Source: an uncultured Candidatus Saccharibacteria bacterium
Lineage (GTDB): Bacteria > Patescibacteriota > UBA1384 > DTJR01
NCBI GenBank assembly: GCA_964487045.1
Contig: CAZAOT010000001.1
Location: forward strand, 151,863 to 215,862
Direction: 5' to 3'
Length of the DNA stretch: 64,000 nucleotides
Shown here: in pieces, positions 18,780 to 28,908 of the stretch
How positions within the stretch are numbered: the first letter of the stretch is position 1
Layout: every line of letters begins with the position of its first letter
The notes under the pieces: model-generated
What the model was told of the DNA's origin: nothing
The model's input: the letters and a program-made list of their open reading frames with translations, nothing else
Database searches by the model: none
Position numbers and translations under genes: made by a program

Positions 18780-20486
18780 ATGGATGAAGTCTCTGATATC
18801 AAATCAAGGATAGATATTGTTGAATTTCTCACTCAATATCTAACACTCAAAAAAGCTGGTGTAAATTATTCTGCCTGCTGTCCTTTCCACAATGAAAAAA
18901 CTCCATCATTTATGATCTCGCCCGAAAGGCAGACGTTCAAATGCTTTGGTTGTGGCGAAGGTGGGGATGTAATTACTTTTTTTCAAAAGATTGAGGGGCT
19001 GAGTTTTCCAGAAGCGCTTAAGATTCTGGGCGAGAGAGTGGGGGTTCAGGTAAAATTTGAGAAGAATCAGGATTATGCCAAGCAAAAAGCAACTAAAGAA
19101 AAAATTTATGATATAAATTTACTTTGCGCTAAATATTTTAAATTAATGCTCTCTAAGCCACAAGGTAAGATCGCTCTCGATTATTTGCTCAGTAGGGACT
19201 TAAGCCAACAGACAATTGACGAACTCAAGCTTGGTTTCGCTCCAGCGGACTCTGAATTGCAAAAATTGCTCGAAAAGAAATTTTCATTTAGCGATCTTTC
19301 GCTTGCTGGTCATCCCGAAAGATTTAGACATCGTCTGATGTTCCCAATTTTTGACAATTTTTCCTTGATTACTGGTTTTTCAGGAAGAATTATCGAACAG
19401 GGTCTGCCGTCTGGACTTTCGCCCCATCCTAAATATCTCAATACTCCTGAAACTGAAGTTTTTCATAAATCACAAGCGATTTATGGAATAAATTTTGCCA
19501 AGGACGCGATCAGGAAAAATGGCAGAGTTATCATAGTAGAGGGTCAGATGGATGTAGCGTTGGCTCATGATGCGGGCATTAAGGAAGTGGTTGCTAGCTC
19601 TGGAACAGCCTTGACCCAGGAGCATATTAAAATTTTATCGAGATTAACGCATAATATTATTTTTTGCTTTGATGAAGACGAGGCTGGCCAGAAAGCGGCC
19701 AATTCCGCTGTCGAGCTCGCGCTTGAAATGGGCTTAGATCCAAAGCTTACTATTATTGAAGGATACAAAGATGTCGGTGAGCTAGTTAAAGATGACCGAG
19801 CTAAGCTTAAAGATATTTTTGACAAGGCCTTGCCTCCAGTTGAGTGGATATTTGCCAAAAGAGACAAAAATAAAGAATTTAATGTGCAAGAGAAGAAAGA
19901 TTTTGGTAAAAGGGCTCTAAATTTTGTCTCTAGAATGAAGGATGAGATAGAAAAGGCTCACTATGTTTCATTTGTTTCAAAACAACTGGGAATTCCCGAA
20001 ATATCAATTGAAAAAGTTCTTAACAACCAAAGGATGATTAAGCGCGCCAAAGATGAGTCAAGTGATCAGAAAAAAGATAGCATCGAGGAGTTATTTTTGA
20101 GCTTCCTGCTGAATTATCCAGAAAAGCTCAAGGGCATAGCGCTATATGACTTAGAGTTTAAAAATCTAGACAATGCTACAATTTACAATAAGCTTAGAGT
20201 TTGCTATAATTCCAAAGAGGTAAAGACAGAAGAGATCAAGAAAGAATTAAGCCGCGAACAAGGTGAGCGGCTTGATGCTGTTAGCGTGGTTTGGGATGAA
20301 AAAATTAATAAAGATGAGACGATCGCAATTGAAGAATTTTTTTCACTCAAATCCCGGCTTGACGGCCAAGCAAAAGAAAAGATAAAGGATGGGTTTGCAA
20401 AGGACATCGCTGAAGCTGAAAGAAGCGGAGATATCGGTAAGGTCAGAGCGATTATGGAGAAGCTTCAGGAAGAATTAAAAAAATAA
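18780..20486 (+). CDS. dnaG: DNA primase DnaG
   Basis: Zinc ribbon CPFHNEKTPSF..CFGCGEGGD, TOPRIM domain (EGQMDVALAHDAG), dnaG-rpoD synteny. Confidence 0.95.
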   Translation: MDEVSDIKSRIDIVEFLTQYLTLKKAGVNYSACCPFHNEKTPSFMISPERQTFKCFGCGEGGDVITFFQKIEGLSFPEALKILGERVGVQVKFEKNQDYAKQKATKEKIYDINLLCAKYFKLMLSKPQGKIALDYLLSRDLSQQTIDELKLGFAPADSELQKLLEKKFSFSDLSLAGHPERFRHRLMFPIFDNFSLITGFSGRIIEQGLPSGLSPHPKYLNTPETEVFHKSQAIYGINFAKDAIRKNGRVIIVEGQMDVALAHDAGIKEVVASSGTALTQEHIKILSRLTHNIIFCFDEDEAGQKAANSAVELALEMGLDPKLTIIEGYKDVGELVKDDRAKLKDIFDKALPPVEWIFAKRDKNKEFNVQEKKDFGKRALNFVSRMKDEIEKAHYVSFVSKQLGIPEISIEKVLNNQRMIKRAKDESSDQKKDSIEELFLSFLLNYPEKLKGIALYDLEFKNLDNATIYNKLRVCYNSKEVKTEEIKKELSREQGERLDAVSVVWDEKINKDETIAIEEFFSLKSRLDGQAKEKIKDGFAKDIAEAERSGDIGKVRAIMEKLQEELKK

Positions 20487-20521
20487 ATCCTTGCGAGAAG
20501 TGCAGGGGTGGAAGGTGATAT

Positions 20522-21628
20522 ATGGCTAAAAGGGCAATAAAGATGCCGGTCGACACCCGGATCAAGATGGTACCGGAGATCGAAGCGCTTATTTCAAAAG
20601 GTGAACTCCACGGATTTGTAACAGAGCAAGAGATTTTACAGATCGTTACTGCTCCAGAAGAAGATATCCAGATTCTGGATCAGATTTATAGTGTCTTATT
20701 TGAAAAGGGAATCCAGATTTTAGAAAAAAAGAGGCTTCTTGATACTGAAGCACTTCTTAGCGACAGCAAGGAAACTGAGAAGCAACCAGATTTGCCAGAA
20801 ATATCCGATGACTCAGTCAGGATGTATCTAAGAGAAATCGGAAAAGTGCCACTTTTGTCTGCAGATGAGGAGATGAGACTTGCCAAGAGAATTGTTTCTG
20901 GTGATAAGGTTGCCAAAAAGAAATTAGCTGAAGCAAACCTTAGACTGGTTGTTTCGATTGCTAAAAAATATATTGGCCGAGGTTTGTCACTACTTGATCT
21001 AATCCAGGAGGGGAATACTGGGCTACTTCGAGCTGTAGAAAAATTTGATTTTAGAAAAGGTTATAAATTTTCAACTTATGCAACTTGGTGGATTCGCCAG
21101 GCGATCACCAGGGCTATTGCCGATCACGCTAGAACTATCAGAATTCCAGTACATATGGTTGAGACTATTAACAAAATGATTCGTGTTCAGCGCCAATTAG
21201 TTCAGGAACTTGGCCGTGAGCCTTCTGTGGATGAAGTTGCCAAAGAGATGGGTGTACCAAGAAACAAAGTTGAACACATTATGAAAATTTCTCAGGAAAC
21301 CGTTTCGCTAGAGTCTCCTGTAGGAGAGGAAGAAGATTCAAAACTTGGAGATTTCATCGAAGATAAAGAATCTCTTTCACCTGAAGAAGTTACAATTCGC
21401 TCGATGATGAAGCTTGATCTTGATGAATTCTTGCAATTCCTTACCGCTAGAGAGCAGAAAATCTTAAAAATGAGATTTGGCTTGGAGGATGGGCGCACTC
21501 ACACACTTGAAGAGGTTGGTAAAGAATTTGGTGTTACTCGTGAGAGAATTAGACAAATTGAAGCAAAGGCCCTGCAAAAACTCAAAAAGCACGAAAGATC
21601 TCAAAGGCTAAAAGATTATTTAGGGTAA
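20522..21628 (+). CDS. rpoD: RNA polymerase sigma factor RpoD (sigma70, regions 1.2-4)
   Basis: Region 2 [16 protein letters not shown], and region 4 [25 protein letters not shown]. Confidence 0.95.
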   Translation: MAKRAIKMPVDTRIKMVPEIEALISKGELHGFVTEQEILQIVTAPEEDIQILDQIYSVLFEKGIQILEKKRLLDTEALLSDSKETEKQPDLPEISDDSVRMYLREIGKVPLLSADEEMRLAKRIVSGDKVAKKKLAEANLRLVVSIAKKYIGRGLSLLDLIQEGNTGLLRAVEKFDFRKGYKFSTYATWWIRQAITRAIADHARTIRIPVHMVETINKMIRVQRQLVQELGREPSVDEVAKEMGVPRNKVEHIMKISQETVSLESPVGEEEDSKLGDFIEDKESLSPEEVTIRSMMKLDLDEFLQFLTAREQKILKMRFGLEDGRTHTLEEVGKEFGVTRERIRQIEAKALQKLKKHERSQRLKDYLG

Positions 21629-21640
21629 GGTTCCGAAGAG

Positions 21641-23377
21641 TTATTTAGCTGTAGTCTTGGCGGCAAACTGCCTAACTAATTGATCCGATTCTCCGCTTGC
21701 TATTGATTCGAGTTCTTTAGCTTTTAATTGTTCTAAAGTTATTTCTTTTTTAGTGATTCTGCCCAGCAGATAGGCGAGATAATCTCCGGAGATAAGCGAT
21801 GGGACTATGACAAGATCTGCGCCTAGTTGATAGAGCTCTTCCGCTTCCTCAACATTCTGTGCAGTCAAGATGACTTTGAGATTTTTATTAACTAAGCGAT
21901 ATGTTTCCATCAAAAGCTGATTCTCTTCGATTTTCTCGATCGTAGAGATAACCATTTTTGCTTTTTTGAGATTTAATTCCTCAATAATATCGTGATCGAC
22001 TGCATCTGCATATGTGCAAATTTCATTTCGATCAATCAGCTCCTGAATTCTCTTTGGGTCATAATCGATTACCGCAACTGTTTCGCCCTTAGTTTTCAAA
22101 GCTTCAAACAGGATTGTACCCATACGATGGTAGCCAATCAAAACTATGTGGTCTTTGAGTTCATCTTTGAGGTTATAAAGATCTTCAGTTCTGTGAATTC
22201 CTTTGATTCTATTCAATAATGGTCTGATCCACGAATAAATCTTATTACTTGCGAAATATAGGTATGTAGAGACAAAGACCGTTATCACTGCAACCATTGA
22301 AACGAGCGTAAGTGCTTCTTTGGGTAGGATGTTTGCTTTTGTTCCTAGAGCAACTACGATAAAAGCGAATTCGCTGACTTGAGTTAATGAAATTCCTGTT
22401 AGAAATGCTGTTCTTCGTCTATAGCCCATGAATGATAACACTAGCGTTACGACAATTGGGTTAATAATCAGAATCAAAAGAGAAATTACTATAGCTGGAG
22501 TGATTGTCGCTCCGATGTTGTCAAAAACCAAATTTGTTCCGAGATAGATAAAAAAGATCATAATAAAGAAATCTCGAAGTGGTCTTGTTTTTGAGGCGAC
22601 ATGATGCGAGTAAGGAAGCGTAGCTAAGGAGACACCGGCGAGGAAGGCGCCAATCTCAGCCGAGAAACCAAGTGACAAAGCGACGATTGATAAAAAGAAG
22701 CACCAAGCCAGCGAGGTTATAAATAGAAGCTCTTGCGATCTTGCGATTCGGCGGAAGATTGGAGGAAAGACATATTTTGAAATTAAAAATATTGAAACGA
22801 AGAGAATAATTGCTCTAAAGATGATTTGAGTAGAAAGTTGAAGTATTGCTGGATTATCTCCGGATGAGTTGATTCCGGACATAATTGTGAGCAAAAAAAT
22901 GGCGACAAAATCCTGAACTAGTAAAATTCCGACAAGTAATTTGCCATGTAGAGTGTCGAGATCATTTTTATTAGATAAAAGTGTGATGATGATTGCGGTC
23001 GAAGAAAAAGCTAGTGCGACAGCCATATAAGCAGAGGCGGTCGAAGAATAGCCAATTAATTTGACGGCTATAAAGTAGAATATTCCCGAGAAAACTATTT
23101 GGAAAAATCCAGCAATTAAAGCGGTGTTTCCGATCTCAAGCAGTTTTCTTGGGTTTAGTTCTAAGCCAATCAAAAATAGTAAGAAGATAATACCGATCGA
23201 AGCAAATGTTTCGATTATTTTTGGCTCATTGATGACTCCGAGAGCAAAAGGACCAATTAGAATTCCCGCGACCAAATAGGCGAGGATAAGGGGTTGTTTG
23301 AATAACCTAGCGAAGACCCCGAGTACTGCTGCAACAATTAAAACTGCCCCAAATTCAAGTAAGTAGGTTTGATCCAT
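21641..23377 (-). CDS. monovalent cation:proton antiporter (CPA2, KefB/KefC-like) with a C-terminal RCK/TrkA-N domain
   Basis: About 12 TM helices, then the Rossmann segment HIVLIGYHRMGTILFEAL. Confidence 0.85.
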   Translation of the reverse strand: MDQTYLLEFGAVLIVAAVLGVFARLFKQPLILAYLVAGILIGPFALGVINEPKIIETFASIGIIFLLFLIGLELNPRKLLEIGNTALIAGFFQIVFSGIFYFIAVKLIGYSSTASAYMAVALAFSSTAIIITLLSNKNDLDTLHGKLLVGILLVQDFVAIFLLTIMSGINSSGDNPAILQLSTQIIFRAIILFVSIFLISKYVFPPIFRRIARSQELLFITSLAWCFFLSIVALSLGFSAEIGAFLAGVSLATLPYSHHVASKTRPLRDFFIMIFFIYLGTNLVFDNIGATITPAIVISLLILIINPIVVTLVLSFMGYRRRTAFLTGISLTQVSEFAFIVVALGTKANILPKEALTLVSMVAVITVFVSTYLYFASNKIYSWIRPLLNRIKGIHRTEDLYNLKDELKDHIVLIGYHRMGTILFEALKTKGETVAVIDYDPKRIQELIDRNEICTYADAVDHDIIEELNLKKAKMVISTIEKIEENQLLMETYRLVNKNLKVILTAQNVEEAEELYQLGADLVIVPSLISGDYLAYLLGRITKKEITLEQLKAKELESIASGESDQLVRQFAAKTTAK

Positions 23378-23485
23378 TGATATAATTATATCATGCTGAT
23401 GTCTTTAAACGAACTTGAGTGGCGGGAGTAAGTAGGGCATTGTAACTGATCGTATTATAGTAGGTTTATTGATAGAATATATTAG

Positions 23486-26368
23486 ATGAGAAGAAGGGGA
23501 GTTATTTCGTCAATAAACAGGTTGGAGCTGAAGGCAAAGAGACCACTGCTGGTGATTTGTTGTGTTATTGTTTTGTGTTTTTCTGCCTTTGCGATAAAGA
23601 TTTTGGCTTCAGACCCACCGGTTTTTTCAAATGTATCATTCGATCCCACCCTGGATGTTTCAAGATTTTCTACTTATCAAGTTACTGCAGATATCGCAAA
23701 TTTGCCCACGGACCAGTCGGCCAGCGTTGATGTCTCTGGAATCAATGGTGACGGGGGCAACTACTGGAACTATTATGCCAATGGAACTCCTGTGTCAGAC
23801 ACAGTTACCAAAACAATGACTTATGATGCTGGAAGCTCAAAGTGGCGAAGTGGAAATATTTATCCGGATAGTATCTATCCTGAAATTTTCTTTGCCCCCT
23901 CTTCAGTAACTTGGAATAACAATCCTGATAATATGGTTGTTAGAAGAAATAATTATCAATTATTGCACTACGCTAATAATTTTTCCTCGACAGGCAATAT
24001 GTCTTTTTGGATAGAGGTCAATGCGTATAGGCGTTCAGCTGTAAATTCTTCTGATCTTGAAGTCTATCTAGTTGAGAAAGGCCATAATATTGATTTCTTT
24101 CAGTCTGATTGGCGTAATTCGGCTGATGTAGAGCTGGCTGGAACTATCAATAGAAATGCTGCGTTCAATCATTCTCATTCTGTTAATTCCTCCCATCACT
24201 TAGTCGCTTTGTCGGCTAATAATGATGGTACATTCGGGACAAAAAATCTTGATATTTCAGGAGATTTTTGGGTAATTATATATTCTCAGTCTCCCAACGA
24301 TGACCGAGGTTTTGATCTTAGATATCAGGGTTCTGGTTTGTGCAATAACAATGGACGATGGTACTCGGGCAGTCAGGCGGGTTGGACAACCACAGCACGC
24401 TCAGGTTGTCCTGATGCTCATATTCACTTAGCCAGAAGATCATCCACAGGAGGGGTTCGGGATGGTGTGAAATTAGTGACTTCGGCCACATATGATGGTG
24501 AAACAGGCAATAAAACTACTAATCTCTATTACAATGATCTTCCGAATTTGCCACCTAATTCGACCTCATTCTCATCTCCTTCATCCGGAGGAACATATTC
24601 AGGGGATATTGCAGTTGCCTGGGATCCTGCATCCGATCCAAACAACGATACTTTGAATTACGATCTCTATCTAATGGATGAAAATAATGTTCAAGTTGGA
24701 AATGCTCTTCTTACAGATAGCGCATTAACAACTTATAATCTTCAAACCACAATTGAGGGTCAAGAGATCCCAAACGGTAATTATAGCCTCAAGGGAACGG
24801 TATGTGATCAGGGAGCGCCAGCCAATGTTCCGCCTGATCCGCCGCTTTGTACTGATTTTAATTTGCCCGGAACTTTCACTATCGACAATACTGATCCGAT
24901 CAGGACAATTAGCACTATTTCTATAACTTCAAATAATTCAAATACCTCCTACGCGAAAGCTGGCGATACGGTCACGCTGACTTTCACTACGTCAGCATCT
25001 ATTCCGACACCCACGGTTAATTTTTATTCTAATGGAAATATTCCGATTAACGATATTAGTTTAACTTCTCCCGACAACATCCACTGGACAGCGAGCTACC
25101 TTGTTAGTCCTCTTGGACAGTCCGGAGAGGTGTCGTTTGAAATATCATCTCCAAATTTAAATCAAACCTATTTGGATACTACTGATAATTCTGTAATGAC
25201 CGTGGATAACAATAATCCTATCATAAGCACATACTCTCCCGCAGATGATTCTGATAAGATAGCAACCACTGCTAATTTAGTTTTAACTTTTGCGGAGAAT
25301 GTTAGTGCTGTTGTCGGTAAGAATATAGTTATAAAAAAATCTTCGGACGATAGCACCATTGAAACAATCTCTCTAACTGGACCGCAGGTTGTGATCAGTG
25401 GAAATGGAACTATTGTAACGATTGATCCCTCGAATGATTTCGTGGACAAAACATCCTATTATATTTTAATTGATTCTGGATCATTTTCAGATGTTGCTGG
25501 AAATTTATACGCAGGTATCAACACAAGTACGGTCTGGAACTTTACAGTTGGTGACATTACACCCCCAGAGATCAGCTCTGTGGCAATATCATCAAATAAT
25601 TCAAATAGCTCTCTTGCAACCTCTGGGGAAATTGTAACCCTTTTGTTCGAGGTAAATGAAGAGATAATAACGCCATCGGTTAATTTTAGTTCTACGAATC
25701 CTCTTATCAACTCAGCAGTTGTTACAAACACCTCTGGAAATATTTGGACTGCCGTATCTACCATTTCCGCTTCTGATTTAGCTGGCTTGATCTCATTTAC
25801 TATAAATTTTGAAGATACTTCTGGTAATCAAGGAGCTGAAGTAACGGCAACATCCGACAACTCATCAGTTACTATATATTTCGATCAGACGCCGACTGTC
25901 ACTGCAACTGACACTCTCTCGGCTACTGCGACTGCAATAACTACCGCAACTGCGACTAACTCTCCTGCTTCTATCTCGCCAACTGCAGTTGTTGGAGCTT
26001 CTCCGTCATCGTCAGTCAGCTCTACGCTAGAATCCTCGTCTTTAGCGAGCGACTCTATCTCGCAAACAGCTGTTAGATCTACATCACCTTTATCTACGCC
26101 AACCTCAAGAGTGAATTTATCTTCTACTGCTACCGCAACTTATGGGCCAGTCGAGGATCTTTATAATCTGAAACTTAAAATCTTAGAAGACGGTCGCCCT
26201 CTAGCTGGTGCAAAGGTGGAGCTATATTCTATAGTTAGAGAGGGCACGACTGATGTACATGGTGTAGTTGAGTTTGCAAACGTTGAATCAGGTCTACACA
26301 AGCTCAAAATCTTCTCAGGAGACGAAGTATACGAAAATGATATAAAAGTAAACGGAGAAGAGAAGTAA
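23486..26368 (+). CDS. large surface protein: N-terminal TM/signal anchor, Ig-like repeats, Thr/Ser-rich linker, C-terminal carboxypeptidase-regulatory-like beta-sandwich
   Basis: 960 aa. Repeated TISxxSNNSN..AGxTVTLTF modules, a TATxT low-complexity stretch, and the end ...DGRPLAGAKVELYS..TDVHGVVEF. Confidence 0.55.
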   Translation: MRRRGVISSINRLELKAKRPLLVICCVIVLCFSAFAIKILASDPPVFSNVSFDPTLDVSRFSTYQVTADIANLPTDQSASVDVSGINGDGGNYWNYYANGTPVSDTVTKTMTYDAGSSKWRSGNIYPDSIYPEIFFAPSSVTWNNNPDNMVVRRNNYQLLHYANNFSSTGNMSFWIEVNAYRRSAVNSSDLEVYLVEKGHNIDFFQSDWRNSADVELAGTINRNAAFNHSHSVNSSHHLVALSANNDGTFGTKNLDISGDFWVIIYSQSPNDDRGFDLRYQGSGLCNNNGRWYSGSQAGWTTTARSGCPDAHIHLARRSSTGGVRDGVKLVTSATYDGETGNKTTNLYYNDLPNLPPNSTSFSSPSSGGTYSGDIAVAWDPASDPNNDTLNYDLYLMDENNVQVGNALLTDSALTTYNLQTTIEGQEIPNGNYSLKGTVCDQGAPANVPPDPPLCTDFNLPGTFTIDNTDPIRTISTISITSNNSNTSYAKAGDTVTLTFTTSASIPTPTVNFYSNGNIPINDISLTSPDNIHWTASYLVSPLGQSGEVSFEISSPNLNQTYLDTTDNSVMTVDNNNPIISTYSPADDSDKIATTANLVLTFAENVSAVVGKNIVIKKSSDDSTIETISLTGPQVVISGNGTIVTIDPSNDFVDKTSYYILIDSGSFSDVAGNLYAGINTSTVWNFTVGDITPPEISSVAISSNNSNSSLATSGEIVTLLFEVNEEIITPSVNFSSTNPLINSAVVTNTSGNIWTAVSTISASDLAGLISFTINFEDTSGNQGAEVTATSDNSSVTIYFDQTPTVTATDTLSATATAITTATATNSPASISPTAVVGASPSSSVSSTLESSSLASDSISQTAVRSTSPLSTPTSRVNLSSTATATYGPVEDLYNLKLKILEDGRPLAGAKVELYSIVREGTTDVHGVVEFANVESGLHKLKIFSGDEVYENDIKVNGEEK

Positions 26369-26512
26369 ATCAATTTAGATATTAACGTAAGCAATAAGAA
26401 TTGTGGTTGGATCTGGTATCTGATCGCACTATTTATTTTATTACTCGCCGGCTATTTTACGATGAGAAGAGCTAATAAAACACCGCCAGTAAATAAGGTT
26501 TTGGGCAAGTAA
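26369..26512 (+). other. in-frame continuation of the 960-aa ORF beyond its TAA: encodes a TM helix plus basic tail (C-terminal anchor-like)
   Basis: The same frame stays open for 47 more codons: INLDINVSNKNCGWIWYLIALFILLLAGYFTMRRANKTPPVNKVLGK*. Other big surface proteins in this window end with such anchors. Confidence 0.35.
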
Positions 26513-26536
26513 TTACATCAAAAAATATGAAACGAA

Positions 26537-26566
26537 AAAGCCGCCTGAGTTCAGGCGGCTTTTAAT
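26537..26566. terminator. bidirectional rho-independent terminator
   Basis: AAAAAGCCGCCTGA-gtt-CAGGCGGCTTTTAA. Confidence 0.6.
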
Positions 26567-26571
26567 CTGAT

Positions 26572-26775
26572 CTAGATTAGACCAGCCAGGCGAAGTAGGT
26601 AAAGTGCGCCAGCACAAGACACTACAAATATCGCCCATCCAAGCGATAACCCAACCGGCGAACCCCATTCATCCCATTTAGCCCTTTTCCTAGCCCAATA
26701 TCTTGGATCACTCATGCTTTCATATACTGCTCGCTCAACATTTTCAGTGAGCTTTTTTTCTTCGTTTCGATCCAT
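26572..26775 (-). CDS. hypothetical small protein with a C-terminal TM
   Basis: 67-aa ORF. Weak support. Confidence 0.25.
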   Translation of the reverse strand: MDRNEEKKLTENVERAVYESMSDPRYWARKRAKWDEWGSPVGLSLGWAIFVVSCAGALYLLRLAGLI

Positions 26776-26971
26776 TTTTTCTCCAAAAAAATTAGTTCAT
26801 AATTTACTATCTTTTCGACCCAGAGATAGTTTGGGGTACCCTTGAGTTTTGCCGGTTGGGCTCGTTTAGTTGTTCCAAAGGGTAGAACACGAGAACTTAT
26901 TCCAACGCCAAAAATATAACTTAATTAAAGTTATGTGTAAATATTACAAAATTTATTACCAAGAGATAATC

Positions 26972-28189
26972 TCATGCGGCTGACTTACCAGCTAAATATC
27001 CGCTTGACCAGGCCCATTGCAAGTTGAATCCGCCGGAATCGCCGTCAACATCCATGATTTCACCGGCAAAATATAGACTCTTAATTTTCTTTGATTCCAG
27101 AGTCTCGGGATTTATCTCATCGGTAGTAATTCCACCACGTGTCACCTGGGCTTCTTTGAATGGCCTGAGCTTAAGAATATGAAGTGTTAACGCTTTAAGA
27201 TTTTTAACTATTAATTGACGCTCTGATTTAGATATTTCGGCGACTTTTTTCGATTCATTAATATTAGATTCCGCGAGAATTATAGAAATTAAATTGGCTG
27301 GCACCATGCCGACAAGGGCGCTTTTTACACTTTTATGCCCGGCAGAGTTAAATATTTTTGAAATTATTTCATCTAGTTCTTTAGCCGAGTTATCCTTTAC
27401 AAAATCAAGCTCAACCTTGATATTTGCTTTATCAATAAATGGTGCGATAAATCTAGCCTGCGACATAATCGCCGGACCAGAAACCCCATAATGAGTAAAA
27501 ATTAAATCTCCAGATCTTTGAGAAATTATTTTGTTATCGACGAAAAAACTCGCTTGAGCTTCAGCCTTTAGCCCTTGCACATTTTTGACCCAAGACTCTT
27601 TGGTTTCCATTGGGACAAGCGCTGCAAAAGTTGGCTCAATTTGTACGCCTAAATTTTTACTCCAAAATAGTCCATCGCCAGATGAGCCAAATTGATGGGC
27701 GGCTTTGCCACCAGTCGTTAAAATCAATTTTTTGCAGATTATTTCAGATCCATCAGTGAGTCTAATTTTCCAGCCATCGTTTGTTTCAATTTTTTTAACT
27801 TCACTATTGAGTTTGATCTCAACTTCTAACCGGCTAAGTTCGTGAGAAAGAATATCAACTACACTCGTAGCTTGGTTTGTTCGTGGGAACATTCTGCCGC
27901 GGTCTTCTTCTTTTAATATAAGCCCAAGATTTTCGAAAAACTTAATTGTTTCGTGCTGATCAAAAGATTTCAATACTGAACCGATAAATTCTGGATTTGA
28001 ACCATGATAATTTTCAACTTTAGCTAAGCGATTAGTTATATTGCAGCGACCATTTCCAGTAGCAAGAATTTTTCTGCCTATGGCCGGATTTTTTTCAATT
28101 AAAATCACACTAGCGCCGTTTTGTTTCGCAGTAATTGCGGCCATGATTCCAGCCGGTCCTGCCCCAATAATTACTATGTCGTATTTCAT
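26972..28189 (-). CDS. HI0933/BaiN-family FAD-dependent flavoprotein (NAD(FAD)-utilising dehydrogenase)
   Basis: N-terminal MKYDIVIIGAGPAGIMAAI dinucleotide fold. Length and C-terminal GG..DxDGxxGGFNLQWAWSSG are typical of this family. Confidence 0.8.
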   Translation of the reverse strand: MKYDIVIIGAGPAGIMAAITAKQNGASVILIEKNPAIGRKILATGNGRCNITNRLAKVENYHGSNPEFIGSVLKSFDQHETIKFFENLGLILKEEDRGRMFPRTNQATSVVDILSHELSRLEVEIKLNSEVKKIETNDGWKIRLTDGSEIICKKLILTTGGKAAHQFGSSGDGLFWSKNLGVQIEPTFAALVPMETKESWVKNVQGLKAEAQASFFVDNKIISQRSGDLIFTHYGVSGPAIMSQARFIAPFIDKANIKVELDFVKDNSAKELDEIISKIFNSAGHKSVKSALVGMVPANLISIILAESNINESKKVAEISKSERQLIVKNLKALTLHILKLRPFKEAQVTRGGITTDEINPETLESKKIKSLYFAGEIMDVDGDSGGFNLQWAWSSGYLAGKSAA

Positions 28190-28299
28190 CCTGGCAATTA
28201 TAACCTATTTTATGTGAATAATAAACTATCTCACACTTGGAACTGAGACCTTGAAAATAATGAGTATTTAAGATAGAATCTTTACAGCTCATTTAAATA

Positions 28300-28357
28300 T
28301 ATTCCTCGGTACCTGCCCGCCAGAGCCTACGGCTCAGCCGTTGGCAGGCGGGGCTCA
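28300..28357 (+). repeat. tRNA-derived fragment: 12-nt copy of the intron-tRNA 5' end (TATTCCTCGGTA) fused to CCTGCCCG from its 3' region, plus a GC hairpin
   Basis: 28300-28311 is identical to 28636-28647. 28312-28319 is identical to tRNA positions 28893-28900. The fragment abuts the ATG of the GIY-YIG gene directly. Confidence 0.45.
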
Positions 28358-28627
28358 ATGATTTATGATGAAATTGTGAGTAAATTTTGGTTCACTTATG
28401 TTTTGAGAAGCAGGGCCGACAACAAACTTTACTTCGGTTTTACAGAAAATTTGAAAGTTCGCATACGGTTACACAACACAGGCAACGTCCCTGCAACAAA
28501 GAATAGATTGCCTCTTGAATTGATATATTTTGAAGCTTGTCTGAATAAAGATCAAGCGATTAAAAGAGAAAAGTATTTTAAAACTGGGTTCGGGAGAAAT
28601 TTTCTTAATAACAGGATTCAGAGTTGA
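28358..28627 (+). CDS. GIY-YIG nuclease family protein (small YhbQ/UPF0213-like)
   Basis: FWFTYVLRSRADNKLYFGFTENLKVRIRLHN carries the GIY...YIG spacing and a conserved Arg/His. 89 aa. Confidence 0.8.
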   Translation: MIYDEIVSKFWFTYVLRSRADNKLYFGFTENLKVRIRLHNTGNVPATKNRLPLELIYFEACLNKDQAIKREKYFKTGFGRNFLNNRIQS

Positions 28628-28638
28628 CAAATTAGTAT

Positions 28639-28908
28639 TCCTCGGTAGCTCAATGGCAGAGCGGGTGCCTGTGAACCTTAAACGCAGCTTTCCGTCAAAA
28701 GGCGGATTGAAACTTCTTGGGATAACGGTGAAGGCTAAGTCGAAAGATATGCTAATACCGTGGGAACTCCAATTTGGAGAGCGCCGTAGAGACTAGATAC
28801 CAAGATGCCTAAATCGAAAGATATGGCAAAGATATAGTCCACGCCACTAGAAATAGTGGATTAAGTGTAAGCACTAGGTTGCAGGTTCGAGTCCTGCCCG
28901 AGGAGCCA
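28639..28908 (+). tRNA. tRNA gene split in the anticodon loop by a ~195-nt group I intron; isotype unresolved (anticodon region reads CT..TGTAA/GTTAA, so Thr or Asn are candidates)
   Basis: Acceptor TCCTCGG pairs with CCGAGGA, followed by G and CCA. D-arm GCTC-AATGGCA-GAGC. T-arm GCAGG-TTCGAGT-CCTGC. Anticodon stem halves GGTGC (28665-69) and GCACT (28871-75) are separated by the intron. Confidence 0.75.
28674..28868 (+). ncRNA. group I intron (approximate boundaries) inside the tRNA anticodon loop
   Basis: It contains the S element AAGATATAGTCC (exact consensus) and the R/P7 element AGAGACTAGATAC, which gives the P7 pair GACTA/TAGTC. There is P4-like pairing AAAGGCGG / GAGCGCCG. No ORF inside. 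Confidence 0.65.

Noticed and set aside
26780-26970. Possible structured RNA in the 190-nt intergenic region between two minus-strand genes
   Set aside because: Some short helices are visible, but there is no promoter/terminator pair, no conserved ncRNA signature, and no tRNA-like ends. Most likely an ordinary 5' UTR/promoter region for the 26572..26775 ORF.
28358-28627. Calling the GIY-YIG ORF an intron-encoded homing endonuclease
   Set aside because: It lies outside the intron (upstream of exon 1) and is of the short YhbQ/UPF0213 type rather than the long I-TevI-like type. Adjacency to the intron-tRNA and the flanking tRNA-derived repeats is reported as an observation only.
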